Origin: an uncultured Chloroflexia bacterium
GTDB taxonomy: Bacteria; Chloroflexota; Anaerolineae; Anaerolineales; UBA4823
NCBI GenBank assembly: GCA_963849335.1
Contig: CAWKGZ010000010.1
Coordinates: 81,835-145,834 of the forward strand
Direction of reading: 5' to 3'
Length of the DNA stretch: 64,000 nt
Positions 30,298-41,370 of the stretch are shown piece by piece (position 1 is the stretch's first letter; each line of letters begins with the position of its first letter). Made by a program: the position numbers and the translations under genes. The notes under the pieces were generated by a model, which searched no databases, had not been told where the DNA came from, and saw only the letters and a program-made list of their open reading frames with translations.

Positions 30298-30810
30298 TCA
30301 GGAACGCTTTTTTTGTTGGATATGCGCCGCATTCAACTCGACTGGAACATGGCGGTCGCTGAGAAACTGCAGCAAAACACGCACCCGCTCCGTACCGGGC
30401 AGGCGGGCATCAAAGATGGCTTCGTAGCCTGAAAAAGGACCGTAATTGATCAACACCAGATCGCCTGGATTCAGGCCGTCAAATACCTCACCACCGGAGG
30501 CTGCGATCTCAGCCACCTTTTTCTGGATGGCGTAGATCAGGTGGTCAGGCACCGGCGACGGTTCACCGCCAAAAGAGACCAGTCCGGTTGAATGCGGTAG
30601 CCATTTAAATGTAGAGAGACCAACGGCATCGATATCGGCGCGCACAAACAGGTACCCAGGGAAATAAGGCTTTACCTTACGGGCACGCGGATTCACCGGG
30701 TTAACCCGCAGGCGGGGTAAAAACACCTCAAACCCACGCTCGCGCACCTGCTTCCAGACTACGTCTTCTTTGCGCGGTTTGCTGCGCAGCGCATACCACT
30801 GCAATGGCAT
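30298..30810 (-). CDS. NusG paralog (RfaH/UpxY/LoaP-like transcription antiterminator)
   Basis: NGN motifs WYALRSKPRKE and PYFPGYLFV, and the KOW motif GDLVLINYGPFSG. Confidence 0.88.
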   Translation of the reverse strand: MPLQWYALRSKPRKEDVVWKQVRERGFEVFLPRLRVNPVNPRARKVKPYFPGYLFVRADIDAVGLSTFKWLPHSTGLVSFGGEPSPVPDHLIYAIQKKVAEIAASGGEVFDGLNPGDLVLINYGPFSGYEAIFDARLPGTERVRVLLQFLSDRHVPVELNAAHIQQKKRS

Positions 30811-30826
30811 ATCCGTAATACCCCCG

Positions 30827-31060
30827 CTAGCGTAATTTACTCTGGATTGTCCCTGGCGTCCATTTGGACACATCGAAGCTTTTATGGGTAACCACAAATC
30901 GCAGGCGACCTTTTTCCACCACCAGGCGCAGCTCACCGTATTCACCCAGCGAGCTCAATGCTTCATCGATCATTGCAACCTGGGGAGGGGTTAAAAATGA
31001 CCGTCTGTCACCAGCCGTGGTCATAGAGCTGGTATCGTCATCTACCATAGCTTTGCTCAT
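30827..31060 (-). CDS. Small hypothetical protein (DUF2292/YezD-like by eye)
   Basis: The IDEALSSLGEYGELRLVVEKG pattern, with SD GAGG before the ATG. Confidence 0.55.
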   Translation of the reverse strand: MSKAMVDDDTSSMTTAGDRRSFLTPPQVAMIDEALSSLGEYGELRLVVEKGRLRFVVTHKSFDVSKWTPGTIQSKLR

Positions 31061-31194
31061 GATTATTCCTCAACCTTGGGGAACAAAAATTCCTTTTCGT
31101 GGGATTTTTCACCTCTGCGAAAAGCAAGGATAAGAACTCATTAATAATATGGCCAATTTTATCACAATCTAATAAGGGCAGAAAAGACGAAGAT

Positions 31195-31956
31195 TTATAC
31201 TACCTGAAGCCGGGTCACTTTGGAGATCAGCTTACGCACAGCCCACACCGGGATCAAGATCAGGGCATGCACCACAACGCTGATGCCAAATACGGCGGCA
31301 AGGGCACGCAGACCTGAATTTAGCGGTGGGGCAAGATGCTCCACCAACCAGGGGCCGGCACCGGCTAAGAGTACTACGCCAAGCAAAATGCTGAAGACCA
31401 GCAACAGGGGCAGCCATGCCCGCCGGTCTGAGGCGCTGGGCAGCATGGTGCTGCTGATAACAAAGGTCAAATAAAACCAGAGCCAAAAATCGGGCCGCTC
31501 TGCAACCGTCCCCATGGCTCCACCTAGGGATTCGCCTTGACCCGAGACGATGGCGGTCCACATACTATCCAGCCCCAGCCCGCGCATTCCGGTCAATGCC
31601 ACACATATCCCCCCAGTGATCAGCGGTGCCATACCGATCAGGGCATCTCGGAAGATATCGGCGCGTCCTGTTTCTACATAACCCAGCTGCAGGCGACCAT
31701 TCTCCATTGGGCGGGGCAGCAGGGAAACTCTTCCCGTCGGCACTCCTAACACCCGCGACATTAGAAAGTGACTGGCTTCGTGCAGCAGAACACCGGGGAA
31801 GAATAATAAGGAAAACAGCGCCAGAGAGATGTCTGGACGGCGAGTAATTAATAGGAAAACCCCTTGAATCTCCCGGTGCAAGCTGTGCTGCAAAAACAGC
31901 AGAGGGCCCAACAGCAGCAACAGCCAGACGAATCCGTCGATATTTTCGAGCAGCAT
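31195..31956 (-). CDS. Membrane protein with an HExxH motif (M50-like metallopeptidase)
   Basis: Motifs PGVLLHEASH and GMAPL, plus several TM segments. Confidence 0.65.
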   Translation of the reverse strand: MLLENIDGFVWLLLLLGPLLFLQHSLHREIQGVFLLITRRPDISLALFSLLFFPGVLLHEASHFLMSRVLGVPTGRVSLLPRPMENGRLQLGYVETGRADIFRDALIGMAPLITGGICVALTGMRGLGLDSMWTAIVSGQGESLGGAMGTVAERPDFWLWFYLTFVISSTMLPSASDRRAWLPLLLVFSILLGVVLLAGAGPWLVEHLAPPLNSGLRALAAVFGISVVVHALILIPVWAVRKLISKVTRLQVV

Positions 31957-32715
31957 TTACCCGGCAGCCGCCTGTACGATGGCAATGAATTCGGAGGCTT
32001 TCAGACTTGCTCCACCGACCAGCGCGCCGTCGATTTCCGGTTGGTTGAAGAATTCAACGGCATTGCTCGCTTTCACCGAACCACCATACAACACCCGGAC
32101 AGCCTGCGCCGCGGCAGCGCCGTATAATTCGGCAACCGCGGGTCGGATGATATTCGCAATAACTACATTGGCACCTTCCGCCGTGGAGGCACGGCCGGTG
32201 CCAATCGCCCAGACTGGCTCATAGGCAATCACCAGCGGAAAATCCGCAAAAGGCTCAAGACCTGCCAATCCCAGACGCACCTGCCGCTCGACGACCTCAC
32301 CGGTCTCCCCAGCTTCGTATTCGACCAGGGTCTCTCCGACACACACAATCGGGATCAGGTCATGTACGAGGGCAGCTTTTGTTTTAAGGTTGACGGATGC
32401 GTCTGTCTCCCCAAAGTATGTGCGTCGTTCAGAATGTCCCAGGATGACATACTTGCACAGTTCTGCCACCATCGCCGGCGAAACCTCACCGGTAAAGGCG
32501 CCATCCACCTCCCAATGCATATTTTGGGCGCCCAGGCCGAGGTCGGTGCCTTCCAGCAATGCCCGCACAGCGAGTAAGGACGTGAAGGGAGGGCAGAACA
32601 CTTTTTCCACCCCCTGGATGCCGTTCAGGCCCGCCCCCAACTCGATCACCAACTGGCGCGCTTCTGCCACAGTTTTATACATTTTCCAATTTCCAGCTAC
32701 AAATGGTTGGCGCAT
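31957..32715 (-). CDS. tpiA: Triosephosphate isomerase
   Basis: Motifs AGNWKM, GHSERR, AYEPVWAIGTG and LVGGASL. Confidence 0.97.
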   Translation of the reverse strand: MRQPFVAGNWKMYKTVAEARQLVIELGAGLNGIQGVEKVFCPPFTSLLAVRALLEGTDLGLGAQNMHWEVDGAFTGEVSPAMVAELCKYVILGHSERRTYFGETDASVNLKTKAALVHDLIPIVCVGETLVEYEAGETGEVVERQVRLGLAGLEPFADFPLVIAYEPVWAIGTGRASTAEGANVVIANIIRPAVAELYGAAAAQAVRVLYGGSVKASNAVEFFNQPEIDGALVGGASLKASEFIAIVQAAAG

Positions 32716-32736
32716 GCTTCACCTCTAAAAGAATCG

Positions 32737-32767
32737 GGAGGTAGCGCTGAGACCGATCGCTGCCTCC
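32737..32767. other. Intergenic stem-loop between pgk and tpiA
   Basis: GGAGGTAGCG...CGCTGCCTCC near-perfect inverted repeat. Confidence 0.5.
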
Positions 32768-32778
32768 AGGAATTTGGA

Positions 32779-33954
32779 TTACTTATCCAACAGAGCTGCC
32801 AGGCCGGGCAGTTCAAGACCTTCAAGCATCTCGAGCGAAGCCCCACCACCCGTGGAGATATGGGTGATCTTCTCAGCCAACCCAGCCTGATTGATGGCGG
32901 CGACCGAATCACCACCCCCAATGATGGAGATGGCGTCACTCTCGGCTACCGATTTGGCAACCCCAAAGGTTCCCTGTGCGAAGCGGGGGAATTCAAACAC
33001 GCCCATTGGACCATTCCATACGATAGTACCCGCGCTGCTGATTACTTTACCAAAGGCAGTCACCGTTTCGGGTCCAATATCCAGGATGCGCCATCCTGCG
33101 GGAATCTGCCCCATCGGCATGCCCTTCATTTCTGCCTCGGCATCAAAGCGGTCGGCAATGATCACATCCACGGGCAGACGGAGGGTGGTCCCGCCCTTCT
33201 GCAGGAGCTCGCGGGCAGTTTCCAGGGCTTCATCTTCTACCAGGGAATCACTGATTTGATAGCCTTGAGCCTTGAAGAAGGTATTCGCCATACCTCCACC
33301 GATCAACACCTGGTCGGCTTTGGTGAGCAGGTTGCGGATCACGCCGATCTTATCGCTGATCTTGGCACCGCCCAAGATGGCGACAAACGGCCGCTTGGGC
33401 TGATCGATTGCCTGACCCAGGTAGCGGATCTCGTCTTCCATCAGGAAGCCAGCGACAGCAGGCAGGATGTGTGCCACACCTTCCGTTGAAGCATGGGCGC
33501 GATGCGCAGAACCAAAGGCATCATTGACGTAGATATCTGCCAGTGCGGCCAACTGCTGCGCCATTTCTGATTTATTTTTCGTCTCCTCGGGATGGAAGCG
33601 GGTGTTTTCCAACACCAACACATCGCCCGGTTTTAACGCCCTGGCAGCGGCTTCAGCCAGAGGACCGATGCAATCTTCAGAAAAAGCTACCGGCTGTCCT
33701 AAGAGCTCGCTGAGGTGAGCTGCGACCGGGCGCATCGAATATTTCGGATCGGGGCCATCTTTGGGACGGCCAAGATGCGAGCACAAGATCAGAGCCGCAC
33801 CGTGCTGCAGCAGGTACTCCACCGTCGGCATAGCAGCCCGAATGCGGGTATCATCGGTAACTTTGCCTTCGGCAATGGGAACGTTATAATCCACGCGCAC
33901 CAGCACCCGCTTGCCACGCACATCAATATCTCGGATAGATTTTTTATTGAACAT
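32779..33954 (-). CDS. pgk: Phosphoglycerate kinase
   Basis: Motifs [33 protein letters not shown] and [11 protein letters not shown]. Confidence 0.97.
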   Translation of the reverse strand: MFNKKSIRDIDVRGKRVLVRVDYNVPIAEGKVTDDTRIRAAMPTVEYLLQHGAALILCSHLGRPKDGPDPKYSMRPVAAHLSELLGQPVAFSEDCIGPLAEAAARALKPGDVLVLENTRFHPEETKNKSEMAQQLAALADIYVNDAFGSAHRAHASTEGVAHILPAVAGFLMEDEIRYLGQAIDQPKRPFVAILGGAKISDKIGVIRNLLTKADQVLIGGGMANTFFKAQGYQISDSLVEDEALETARELLQKGGTTLRLPVDVIIADRFDAEAEMKGMPMGQIPAGWRILDIGPETVTAFGKVISSAGTIVWNGPMGVFEFPRFAQGTFGVAKSVAESDAISIIGGGDSVAAINQAGLAEKITHISTGGGASLEMLEGLELPGLAALLDK

Positions 33955-33972
33955 AGCTGCTCCAAGTAAAGA

Positions 33973-34007
33973 CAGCGGATTGCCCTCTTTTACAGAGCAA
34001 TCCGCTG
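33973..34007 (-). terminator. Stem-loop between gap and pgk (terminator or mRNA stability element)
   Basis: CAGCGGATTGC...GCAATCCGCTG 11 bp stem. The minus strand continues TCTTTAC. Confidence 0.6.
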
Positions 34008-34021
34008 ATATATTGTGAGAT

Positions 34022-35077
34022 TTAGAGGCTCTTAGCCATCAAAGCAGCCAGATCAGCTGTCCGGACGGAGTAGCCCCATTCGTTGTCATACCAGGCAACG
34101 ACCTTGGCGAAGTTATTCTTCTCTTTCCCTAGCACCAGGGTGAATGGCAGGTCGATCGATGAGCTGTGGGGATCGCCCTTATAATCGATGCTCACCAGCG
34201 GTTCATCAACTGCCTGTAGGATGCCCTTCAGCGGGCCGGCAGCAGCATCGCGGAAAGCCTGGCGTAGTTCTTCGGTCGTGGTAGCAGTTTCGAGCTCAAC
34301 AGTCAGATCGATCACCGACACGGTGGAGGTAGGAACGCGCAGTGCATACCCGTCCAGTTTCCCAGCCAGGTCAGGAATGACCAGCTTGATCGCCTTGGCA
34401 GCCCCGGTGGTGGTGGGGATAATGCTCATGGCAGCGGCGCGCGCCCGGCGCAGGTCGCTATGCGGCAGGTCGAGGATTTTCTGATCATTGGTATACGCAT
34501 GGATCGTGGTCATGAAACCGCGCACAATGCGATACTTATCATGGACGACTTTGACTGCCGGGGCGAGGCCATTGGTAGTACAGGAAGCGTTGGATACAAC
34601 GTGGTGCTGCATAGGATCGTATTTATCATCATTAACCCCAAGAACGATCGTCAGGTCTTCCCCTTCTGCCGGGGCGGAAATGATGACCTTTTTGGCGCCG
34701 CCTTTGGTAATGTGGTTCTCAGCGCCTTTGACGGTCTTACCTTTCTTATTGACGCCATCTTTCTTGACGGTGAATATCCCGGTGCTCTCGACTACAATGG
34801 ACACACCCAGATCACCCCAGGGAATATTGGCAGGGTCAGTCTCTTTGAAAGCTTTCACTGGTTTGCCATCGACGAGCAAGGCGTCCTCGGCGACTTCCAC
34901 CTTGCCTTCAAAACGGCCATAATTGCTGTCATACCTCAGCAAGTGCGCCATGGTGGGCAGGTCGCCAATATCGTTGAATGCTACCACTTCCAGCGTATCA
35001 GTGTGGTAATCGCGGATTGCTTTCAACACCTGCCGTCCGATGCGTCCGAAGCCATTGATACCTACTTTGATTGTCAT
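34022..35077 (-). CDS. gap: Glyceraldehyde-3-phosphate dehydrogenase (type I)
   Basis: Motifs [18 protein letters not shown] and [15 protein letters not shown] precedes the ATG at 35077. Confidence 0.97.
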   Translation of the reverse strand: MTIKVGINGFGRIGRQVLKAIRDYHTDTLEVVAFNDIGDLPTMAHLLRYDSNYGRFEGKVEVAEDALLVDGKPVKAFKETDPANIPWGDLGVSIVVESTGIFTVKKDGVNKKGKTVKGAENHITKGGAKKVIISAPAEGEDLTIVLGVNDDKYDPMQHHVVSNASCTTNGLAPAVKVVHDKYRIVRGFMTTIHAYTNDQKILDLPHSDLRRARAAAMSIIPTTTGAAKAIKLVIPDLAGKLDGYALRVPTSTVSVIDLTVELETATTTEELRQAFRDAAAGPLKGILQAVDEPLVSIDYKGDPHSSSIDLPFTLVLGKEKNNFAKVVAWYDNEWGYSVRTADLAALMAKSL

Positions 35078-35169
35078 ATTTACCTCCGTACTAGTATATA
35101 TTTTGCAGTGCATGCGCATACCACTCATGCACTGATAGGCACTAGATAAATTCTGGGCCTCCAAAACCT

Positions 35170-36510
35170 CTATTCTACCAGAGGACCTGTGCGTTCTTGA
35201 TACAAATCGATCAAAACTTCAGCCAATTTTGCAGAATCATGCCGCCAGGGTGTACCACTGTCAACGAGATTGGCAATATATAGAGCATAGTCAGCATCCT
35301 GCTCAGGATCTGCCTTCACCCATTGGACTCCCTCAGGCAGAGTCCCTTCGTAATTATTATTATGCACAACAATATCATATAACGGGCCAGTGACATGTTC
35401 TTCCATCACCCGGACATAATCCCCGCAAGTAAAACCCTCCGTTTCCCCGGTTTCACTGGCAACATTGCTCACATAGATCTTCAAGGCGCGGCTGGCGCGG
35501 ATCGCAGCGGCTACGTCCGGGACGAGCAAATTGGGTAAAATACTGGTATAAAGGCTGCCGGGACCGACGACAATCATCTCAGCCGCCAGGATTGCCTGGA
35601 TGGCTTGAGGATATGCCGGGGGGTTATTGGGCTCTAACCACACTCGCTTGACACTACCAGGAAACTTGGTGATCGAGCTCTCGCCTTCCACCCGCACCTC
35701 ACCAGGTGAATGCTGCATACTCACATCCGCGACCAGGCGAACATCATGCAAAGTCGCTGGCAACACCTGACCTTGCACAGCCAGCACCCGCCCGGATTCA
35801 GCGACGGCATCCTCGAAACCTCCGGTGATCTCGGCCATTGCGCTGATAAACAAATTACCAAAGGCGTGTCCTCCCAGCCCTGCATCCCCGGCAGCAAAAC
35901 GGTATTGAAACAACTGGGTGAGCAGGGCTTCGTCTTTCGACAAAGCAGCCAGGCAATTGCGGATATCCCCGGGCGGTGGGATGCCGAGGGTGCGGCGCAG
36001 CCGGCCGCTTGAGCCGCCATCGTCTGCCACGCTGACTACCGCGGTGAGGTTATTTGTATAGTTCTTTAGTCCCCGCAGCAATGTCGAGAGGCCATGCCCT
36101 CCCCCAATTGCCACAATCCGGGGGCCGCGATCACGGCGCCGGTGATCCGCAAGTTCCTCCACCACCGGGTGGCCTGGTTGCCGGTATGGTGCCAGGATGG
36201 AACGGTACAACCCCCACATGCCGCCAAGCACCAACCCGAACCCTAAACCGCCAAAGATCAGCGCCCGCAGTGGTCGACTCAGGGCTCGCAGAGAAGCCGC
36301 CGACAGTAATGGCAGCCACCAGGTTTCAGGCGCATTGCGATACACATCCAGGATGAGAATACCCAGCCCCACCCCGATCATAGTGGTGCCCAGTAATATG
36401 GGAACAAACCAGCGTTTTACCCCCAGTCCGGGGACCAACCATCTTAATATTCGAAGAACCCCAGCCCACAATCGATTAATAATAGGGAATTCTACTTCTC
36501 TCCATCTCAA
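35170..36510 (-). CDS. yvcK: YvcK/UPF0052 (CofD-like) protein with N-terminal TM helices
   Basis: Motifs [32 protein letters not shown] and GPGSLYTS. Confidence 0.88.
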   Translation of the reverse strand: MRWREVEFPIINRLWAGVLRILRWLVPGLGVKRWFVPILLGTTMIGVGLGILILDVYRNAPETWWLPLLSAASLRALSRPLRALIFGGLGFGLVLGGMWGLYRSILAPYRQPGHPVVEELADHRRRDRGPRIVAIGGGHGLSTLLRGLKNYTNNLTAVVSVADDGGSSGRLRRTLGIPPPGDIRNCLAALSKDEALLTQLFQYRFAAGDAGLGGHAFGNLFISAMAEITGGFEDAVAESGRVLAVQGQVLPATLHDVRLVADVSMQHSPGEVRVEGESSITKFPGSVKRVWLEPNNPPAYPQAIQAILAAEMIVVGPGSLYTSILPNLLVPDVAAAIRASRALKIYVSNVASETGETEGFTCGDYVRVMEEHVTGPLYDIVVHNNNYEGTLPEGVQWVKADPEQDADYALYIANLVDSGTPWRHDSAKLAEVLIDLYQERTGPLVE

Positions 36511-36572
36511 TTATGGATGATAGCAGGCTTTACCCAACTCGTCAACTCAAGATTTATGCTATACTTTGCCTC

Positions 36573-37514
36573 ATGACAGATACCTACCTGGTTGCCGATG
36601 TCGGTGGTACTCAGATTCGAGCTGCTCTCTTCCCCACCGATCAATCTATTCCATTGAAAATTGTTCGCACATCCACTCAAGGGGAAGGAATACCTCCCCT
36701 GGATCGCTTATTAGATCTGATGGCTTCAATATGGCCTTCTTTTGGGCGGGTGTCTGCTCTTGCCGTGGCAGCCCCCGGTCCATCCGATCCATATGAGGGA
36801 ATTGTATTCGAAGCCCCGAACATTCCCGGCTGGAAGAATATTCCGCTTAAAAAACACTTGCAAGAACGCTTCAAAATACCCGCCGCGGTAGGAAATGATG
36901 CCAATCTGGCCGCCCTTGGGGAATGGCGTTTCGGTGCCGGGAGAGGTCACAACCACCTGGTTTATATTACCGTCAGCACTGGCATTGGTGGGGGTGTAAT
37001 TAACGATGGCAAGTTATTGCTTGGTGTACGCGGGCTGGCTGGTGAAATGGGGCATATAACCGTCATGCCTGACGGCCCAATGTGCGGCTGTGGTCAACGC
37101 GGCCATCTGGAAGCACTGGCTTCTGGTCCGGCAATTGTCAAATGGGTAGAAGAGCAGCTGGCACAGGGTGTGCAATCCATTCTATCGGAACAGACGCGCC
37201 TGACTGCCCAAGATATCTCCCGGGCAGCCAATGAAAACGATGTACTAGCGATTGCAGCCCTAAACCGAGCCGGCACGTACCTGGGAATCGCCTTGGCTGA
37301 TTACCTGCATATCTTCAATCCTTCAGCAATCATCATCGGTGGGGGTGTTTCGCGAAGCGGGGATCACTTTTGGTCTCCAATGAAGACCGCGCTGCGCGAA
37401 CATGTGCTATCGGAAGCATACCTCAACGATTTAGTGCTGACTACCGCGTCTTTGGGTGATGAAGTTGGCCTGATGGGGGCATTGGCTCTAGCCCAATCTC
37501 TCGGACAATCCTGA
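36573..37514 (+). CDS. ROK-family sugar kinase (glucokinase-like)
   Basis: Motifs DVGGT, NDANLAALGE, TGIGGG, GEMGH and CGCG..GHLE. Confidence 0.9.
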   Translation: MTDTYLVADVGGTQIRAALFPTDQSIPLKIVRTSTQGEGIPPLDRLLDLMASIWPSFGRVSALAVAAPGPSDPYEGIVFEAPNIPGWKNIPLKKHLQERFKIPAAVGNDANLAALGEWRFGAGRGHNHLVYITVSTGIGGGVINDGKLLLGVRGLAGEMGHITVMPDGPMCGCGQRGHLEALASGPAIVKWVEEQLAQGVQSILSEQTRLTAQDISRAANENDVLAIAALNRAGTYLGIALADYLHIFNPSAIIIGGGVSRSGDHFWSPMKTALREHVLSEAYLNDLVLTTASLGDEVGLMGALALAQSLGQS

Positions 37515-37516
37515 TT

Positions 37517-39220
37517 ATGCAGCCACCGACCAAACGCTGGGTCATAGCCGACCGCCTGACAGATCAAGCGGATGGCGAATTGAAGAAATACCATCCGGTG
37601 CTCCGCCAGATTCTTTACAACCGGGGGTATGGTACAGCCGCAGCAGCTCACCAATATGTAGAAGCTTTACCACCAACGGGTACAGAGGCAGAAAACTTGT
37701 CTAACATGGCTGCAGCTGTTGACCGCATCTCTTACGCCATCAAACATCAAGAGCCCATCGCAGTTTATGGGGATTATGATGCGGATGGCGTCACCGCATC
37801 TGCATTATTGGTTCAGGCGCTGCAAAAACTGAATGCACTCGTACGAGGATATATTCCCGATCGCTTCAGCGAAGGCTATGGGTTGAACATTGATGCTCTG
37901 ACTGCACTGCATCAGGAAGGTGTACGGCTGGTAATTACCGTGGATTGCGGGATCCGATCCATTCAAGAAGCCGAGCATGCCCGCTCCATCGGATTAGATC
38001 TGATAATCACTGATCACCACCATCCTGGAAGCATAATCCCACCAGCCACAGCAGTGATCAATCCCAAGCTTCCCTTTGATACCTATCCCGAAAAGAACCT
38101 GGCAGGTGTGGGCTTGGCGTACAAGCTGGCTGAGGCTTTGTTCCGCCAGGAGCATCAGCCTGAGACCTTGATCGAAGAATTTTTAGACCTGGTTGCATTG
38201 GGAACTGTTACTGACTTGGTTCCTTTGGTGGGTGAAAATCGCTCTCTCGTTCGAGCAGGGTTAGAGCATATCCGCCAACCCCAACGACAGGGAATCCTTT
38301 CCTTGATCGGTGTATCCGGCTTGAATCCCCGCACTATAAGTGCTGGAGATATCGCCTTCATGCTAGGTCCCCGGCTCAACGCAGCCGGGCGGCTGGACTC
38401 CGCGCTGGCTGCATTCAACCTGTTGGTCACCTCAGATGTGGCTCAGGCATCTCGCTATGCCCAGCTGTTGAACAACCAAAATAACGAGCGCCAACGGATC
38501 ACTCGAGAGATACAAGCCCAGGCTGAGGAAATAGCTTTTTCAATTGAGCCAGACCCAATATTGCTATTTGCCGCTGATCCGGATTTCAACCCTGGCGTGG
38601 TGGGGCTGGCGGCTTCTCGCCTTACAGAGCTGTATTATCGTCCCGCAATTGTCGCGACAAAGGGAGAGGAATTCACCCGCGGCTCCTGCCGCAGCATCCC
38701 AGAATTTCACATCACAGAAGCGTTGGATCAATGCGCTGATCTACTCCACCATTATGGCGGTCATGCTGCAGCCGCCGGATTTACGCTATACACCCATTTG
38801 CTGCCCGAATTTATCCACCGGCTGCAGCAGATCACCATCCAACAGATCGGCTCTATGGATCTCCACCCTGTGCTTGAGATTGATGCGGATTTGGATCTTA
38901 CCGACCTGCGGGCGGATCTGCTCCATGCTTTGAATGTGATGCAACCTACCGGAATGGGCAACCGTTCGGCGCTCTTCTTGACCCGAAATGCGTTGATTAA
39001 ATACCAACGCACCCTCGGCAAGGATAACGCACACTTAAAACTGATTCTGGAGGATGCCCAGCGGGTTTCCCATGACGCGATTGCGTTTCGATTGGGTCAC
39101 CTTGCCGGGAACCTGTCGAACCGCATTGATCTGATCTTCGCTTTCGAGAAAAATGAGTATAACGGGCAATCGTACCTGCAGCTAAATGTTCGCGATATCC
39201 GCCCGGCTGGAATTGGTTAA
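37517..39220 (+). CDS. recJ: Single-stranded-DNA exonuclease RecJ
   Basis: Motifs [30 protein letters not shown] and GGHAAAAG. Confidence 0.95.
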   Translation: MQPPTKRWVIADRLTDQADGELKKYHPVLRQILYNRGYGTAAAAHQYVEALPPTGTEAENLSNMAAAVDRISYAIKHQEPIAVYGDYDADGVTASALLVQALQKLNALVRGYIPDRFSEGYGLNIDALTALHQEGVRLVITVDCGIRSIQEAEHARSIGLDLIITDHHHPGSIIPPATAVINPKLPFDTYPEKNLAGVGLAYKLAEALFRQEHQPETLIEEFLDLVALGTVTDLVPLVGENRSLVRAGLEHIRQPQRQGILSLIGVSGLNPRTISAGDIAFMLGPRLNAAGRLDSALAAFNLLVTSDVAQASRYAQLLNNQNNERQRITREIQAQAEEIAFSIEPDPILLFAADPDFNPGVVGLAASRLTELYYRPAIVATKGEEFTRGSCRSIPEFHITEALDQCADLLHHYGGHAAAAGFTLYTHLLPEFIHRLQQITIQQIGSMDLHPVLEIDADLDLTDLRADLLHALNVMQPTGMGNRSALFLTRNALIKYQRTLGKDNAHLKLILEDAQRVSHDAIAFRLGHLAGNLSNRIDLIFAFEKNEYNGQSYLQLNVRDIRPAGIG

Positions 39221-39900
39221 TTCACAAAACGATATTTCAGCAGCGTCCACATCGCAATCACGGCATCTTTGGCTTTGATCTTCTTCCCCTCCGAATATTC
39301 ACGCGGATTGAATGTGATCGGGACTTCAAAGACTCTTACCTTCTTCTTTAAAATTTTGGCGGTGAATTCCGGTTCAAATTCGAAACCCCGGGCATGCAAG
39401 GGTATGTCCACCACTACCTCACGCCGGAACAGTTTATAGCCTGTCTCCATATCGGTTAATATATTATTGTAAAGAATATTGGTCGTGAGTGTAAGGATTT
39501 TATTCGCTACCATATTCCAGAATAAAATTGGACGGCGGGCCGCACCTAAAAACCGTGATCCATATACCACATCGGCAATGTCTTCCTGGATTGGCCTGAG
39601 CAGGGCTGGATAATCGCGCGGGTCATACTCCAGGTCGGCATCCTGGATCAAGATCAAATCGCTGCTCGCCTGGGCAATTCCCGTCCGTACTGCCGCACCC
39701 TTTCCTTGATTACGTTCATGCAAGATCACCTTGAGCCTGGGAGTATCTACGAGACTTGCCAGTAGCTCCCGAGTACCATCTCGGGAGCCATCATCAACCA
39801 CTAAAATTTCATCCACCAATCCGGTAACCTGCACCCGGCGGAGAATTTCTTGAATGGTTTTCACTTCGTTATATACGGGTATGATCACAGTCAGTTTCAT
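39217..39900 (-). CDS. Glycosyltransferase family 2 (DPM-synthase-like)
   Basis: Motifs [22 protein letters not shown] and TDMETGYK. Confidence 0.9.
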   Translation of the reverse strand: MKLTVIIPVYNEVKTIQEILRRVQVTGLVDEILVVDDGSRDGTRELLASLVDTPRLKVILHERNQGKGAAVRTGIAQASSDLILIQDADLEYDPRDYPALLRPIQEDIADVVYGSRFLGAARRPILFWNMVANKILTLTTNILYNNILTDMETGYKLFRREVVVDIPLHARGFEFEPEFTAKILKKKVRVFEVPITFNPREYSEGKKIKAKDAVIAMWTLLKYRFVN

Positions 39901-40012
39901 GGGTAAAATTATACCTCAGACAAAACTTGCACTCTTGGAATCAATATTTCGTAATAGGCCGTGCTATAATCATAAAGCAATTAGAGTTGATCAAGTACCA
40001 GGAGGCTTTCCC

Positions 40013-41350
40013 ATGGATGCGACACCGCGTGGCAGACCAATTATAACTCCCAGCGGAGCGGGTTCATTTACACCGCCTAACCTGACCAAAATCGAAGATA
40101 CCGGTCTTTCCCAGTTGTGGCTGCAAGACCTGGCATTGAAAATACTGTATTTTCAGGGCTACCTGAGCGGCTTTAAAATGGCGGAAGAAATGACCCTGCC
40201 ATTTACGGGTCTCGTGGATCAGATCCTGGAAGCGCTCAAACGGGAAAAATATGTCGAAGTCAAATCATCCCAGATCGGCCTGGGAGAAGGTGCTTATCTG
40301 TACGCCATTACCGGGGCAGGGATCGCCAGGGCACGCGAGGCGCTGGAACGCAGCCAATATGCTGGCCCTGCCCCGGTGCCAATCCAGGTATACAATGAAT
40401 TAGTACTCCGCCAGGCACAAAGCCGACCGACCATTATCAATCGGACAATGCGCCAGGCACTTTCTCATCTTGTTTTATCTGAAGCGACTTTCCAACGCAT
40501 CGGGCCAGCGGTAAACTCTGGTACGTCCATCTTTTTATATGGCCCCCCGGGAAATGGGAAAACCAGTGTGGCGCGCTCCATCGGTAATATGATCCTGCGC
40601 GAAAGCATCTACATCCCCTTTGCAATTTTTGTCGATGGGCAGGTGATCAAGTTATACGACTCGGTCAACCACCAGCTTGCTGCAGAAGATACGGGATCAA
40701 ATTCAGGTACGGGGGCTCTGCGGGCGAATGTACGCCGCGATCCGCGCTGGGTGCATATTCGCCGCCCCTTCATCATTGTCGGTGGGGAACTGACCCTGGC
40801 AGGCCTGGACCTAGTTTTTGATGATGTGCACAAATTCTACGAGGCTCCTTTCCAGGTAAAAGCCAATGGAGGCATTTTACTGATCGACGACTTTGGCCGC
40901 CAGCTGGTTCGCCCGCGCGACCTGTTGAACCGCTGGATCGTTCCGCTCGAAAACCGGCTAGATTTCCTGACACTGCACACAGGGCGTAAAATCGAAGTCC
41001 CGTTTGATGTGCTGGTTGTCTTCTCAACTAACTTGCCTCCACGTGACCTGGTGGACGAGGCATTCCTGCGCCGGTTGCGACACAAGATCGAAATTGGCGA
41101 TCCCGATTATGGTGAATACCGCGAGATCTTTCGCCGGGTGGCTGCTGCCAAGGGTGTACAGTACAGCGATCCGGGGTTGGCTTATTTACTCCAAGAATGG
41201 TATATCAAGCGCGGCCGGAAATTACGCGCATCACACCCCCGCGATCTGTGCGACCAAATCCTGGACATCAGCCGCTACCTGTCGGTAGAAGCAGCCATGA
41301 CGCGCGACCTGATCGACCGGGCAGGTGCCGCATACTTCGTTGAGCTTTAG
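40013..41350 (+). CDS. AAA+ family ATPase of unknown function
   Basis: Walker A GPPGNGKT, Walker B LLIDD and DEAFLRR. SD GGAGG at 40001 and TGcTATAAT at 39962-39970. Confidence 0.75.
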   Translation: MDATPRGRPIITPSGAGSFTPPNLTKIEDTGLSQLWLQDLALKILYFQGYLSGFKMAEEMTLPFTGLVDQILEALKREKYVEVKSSQIGLGEGAYLYAITGAGIARAREALERSQYAGPAPVPIQVYNELVLRQAQSRPTIINRTMRQALSHLVLSEATFQRIGPAVNSGTSIFLYGPPGNGKTSVARSIGNMILRESIYIPFAIFVDGQVIKLYDSVNHQLAAEDTGSNSGTGALRANVRRDPRWVHIRRPFIIVGGELTLAGLDLVFDDVHKFYEAPFQVKANGGILLIDDFGRQLVRPRDLLNRWIVPLENRLDFLTLHTGRKIEVPFDVLVVFSTNLPPRDLVDEAFLRRLRHKIEIGDPDYGEYREIFRRVAAAKGVQYSDPGLAYLLQEWYIKRGRKLRASHPRDLCDQILDISRYLSVEAAMTRDLIDRAGAAYFVEL

Positions 41351-41370
41351 CTGATTCAAGATAATCCACC

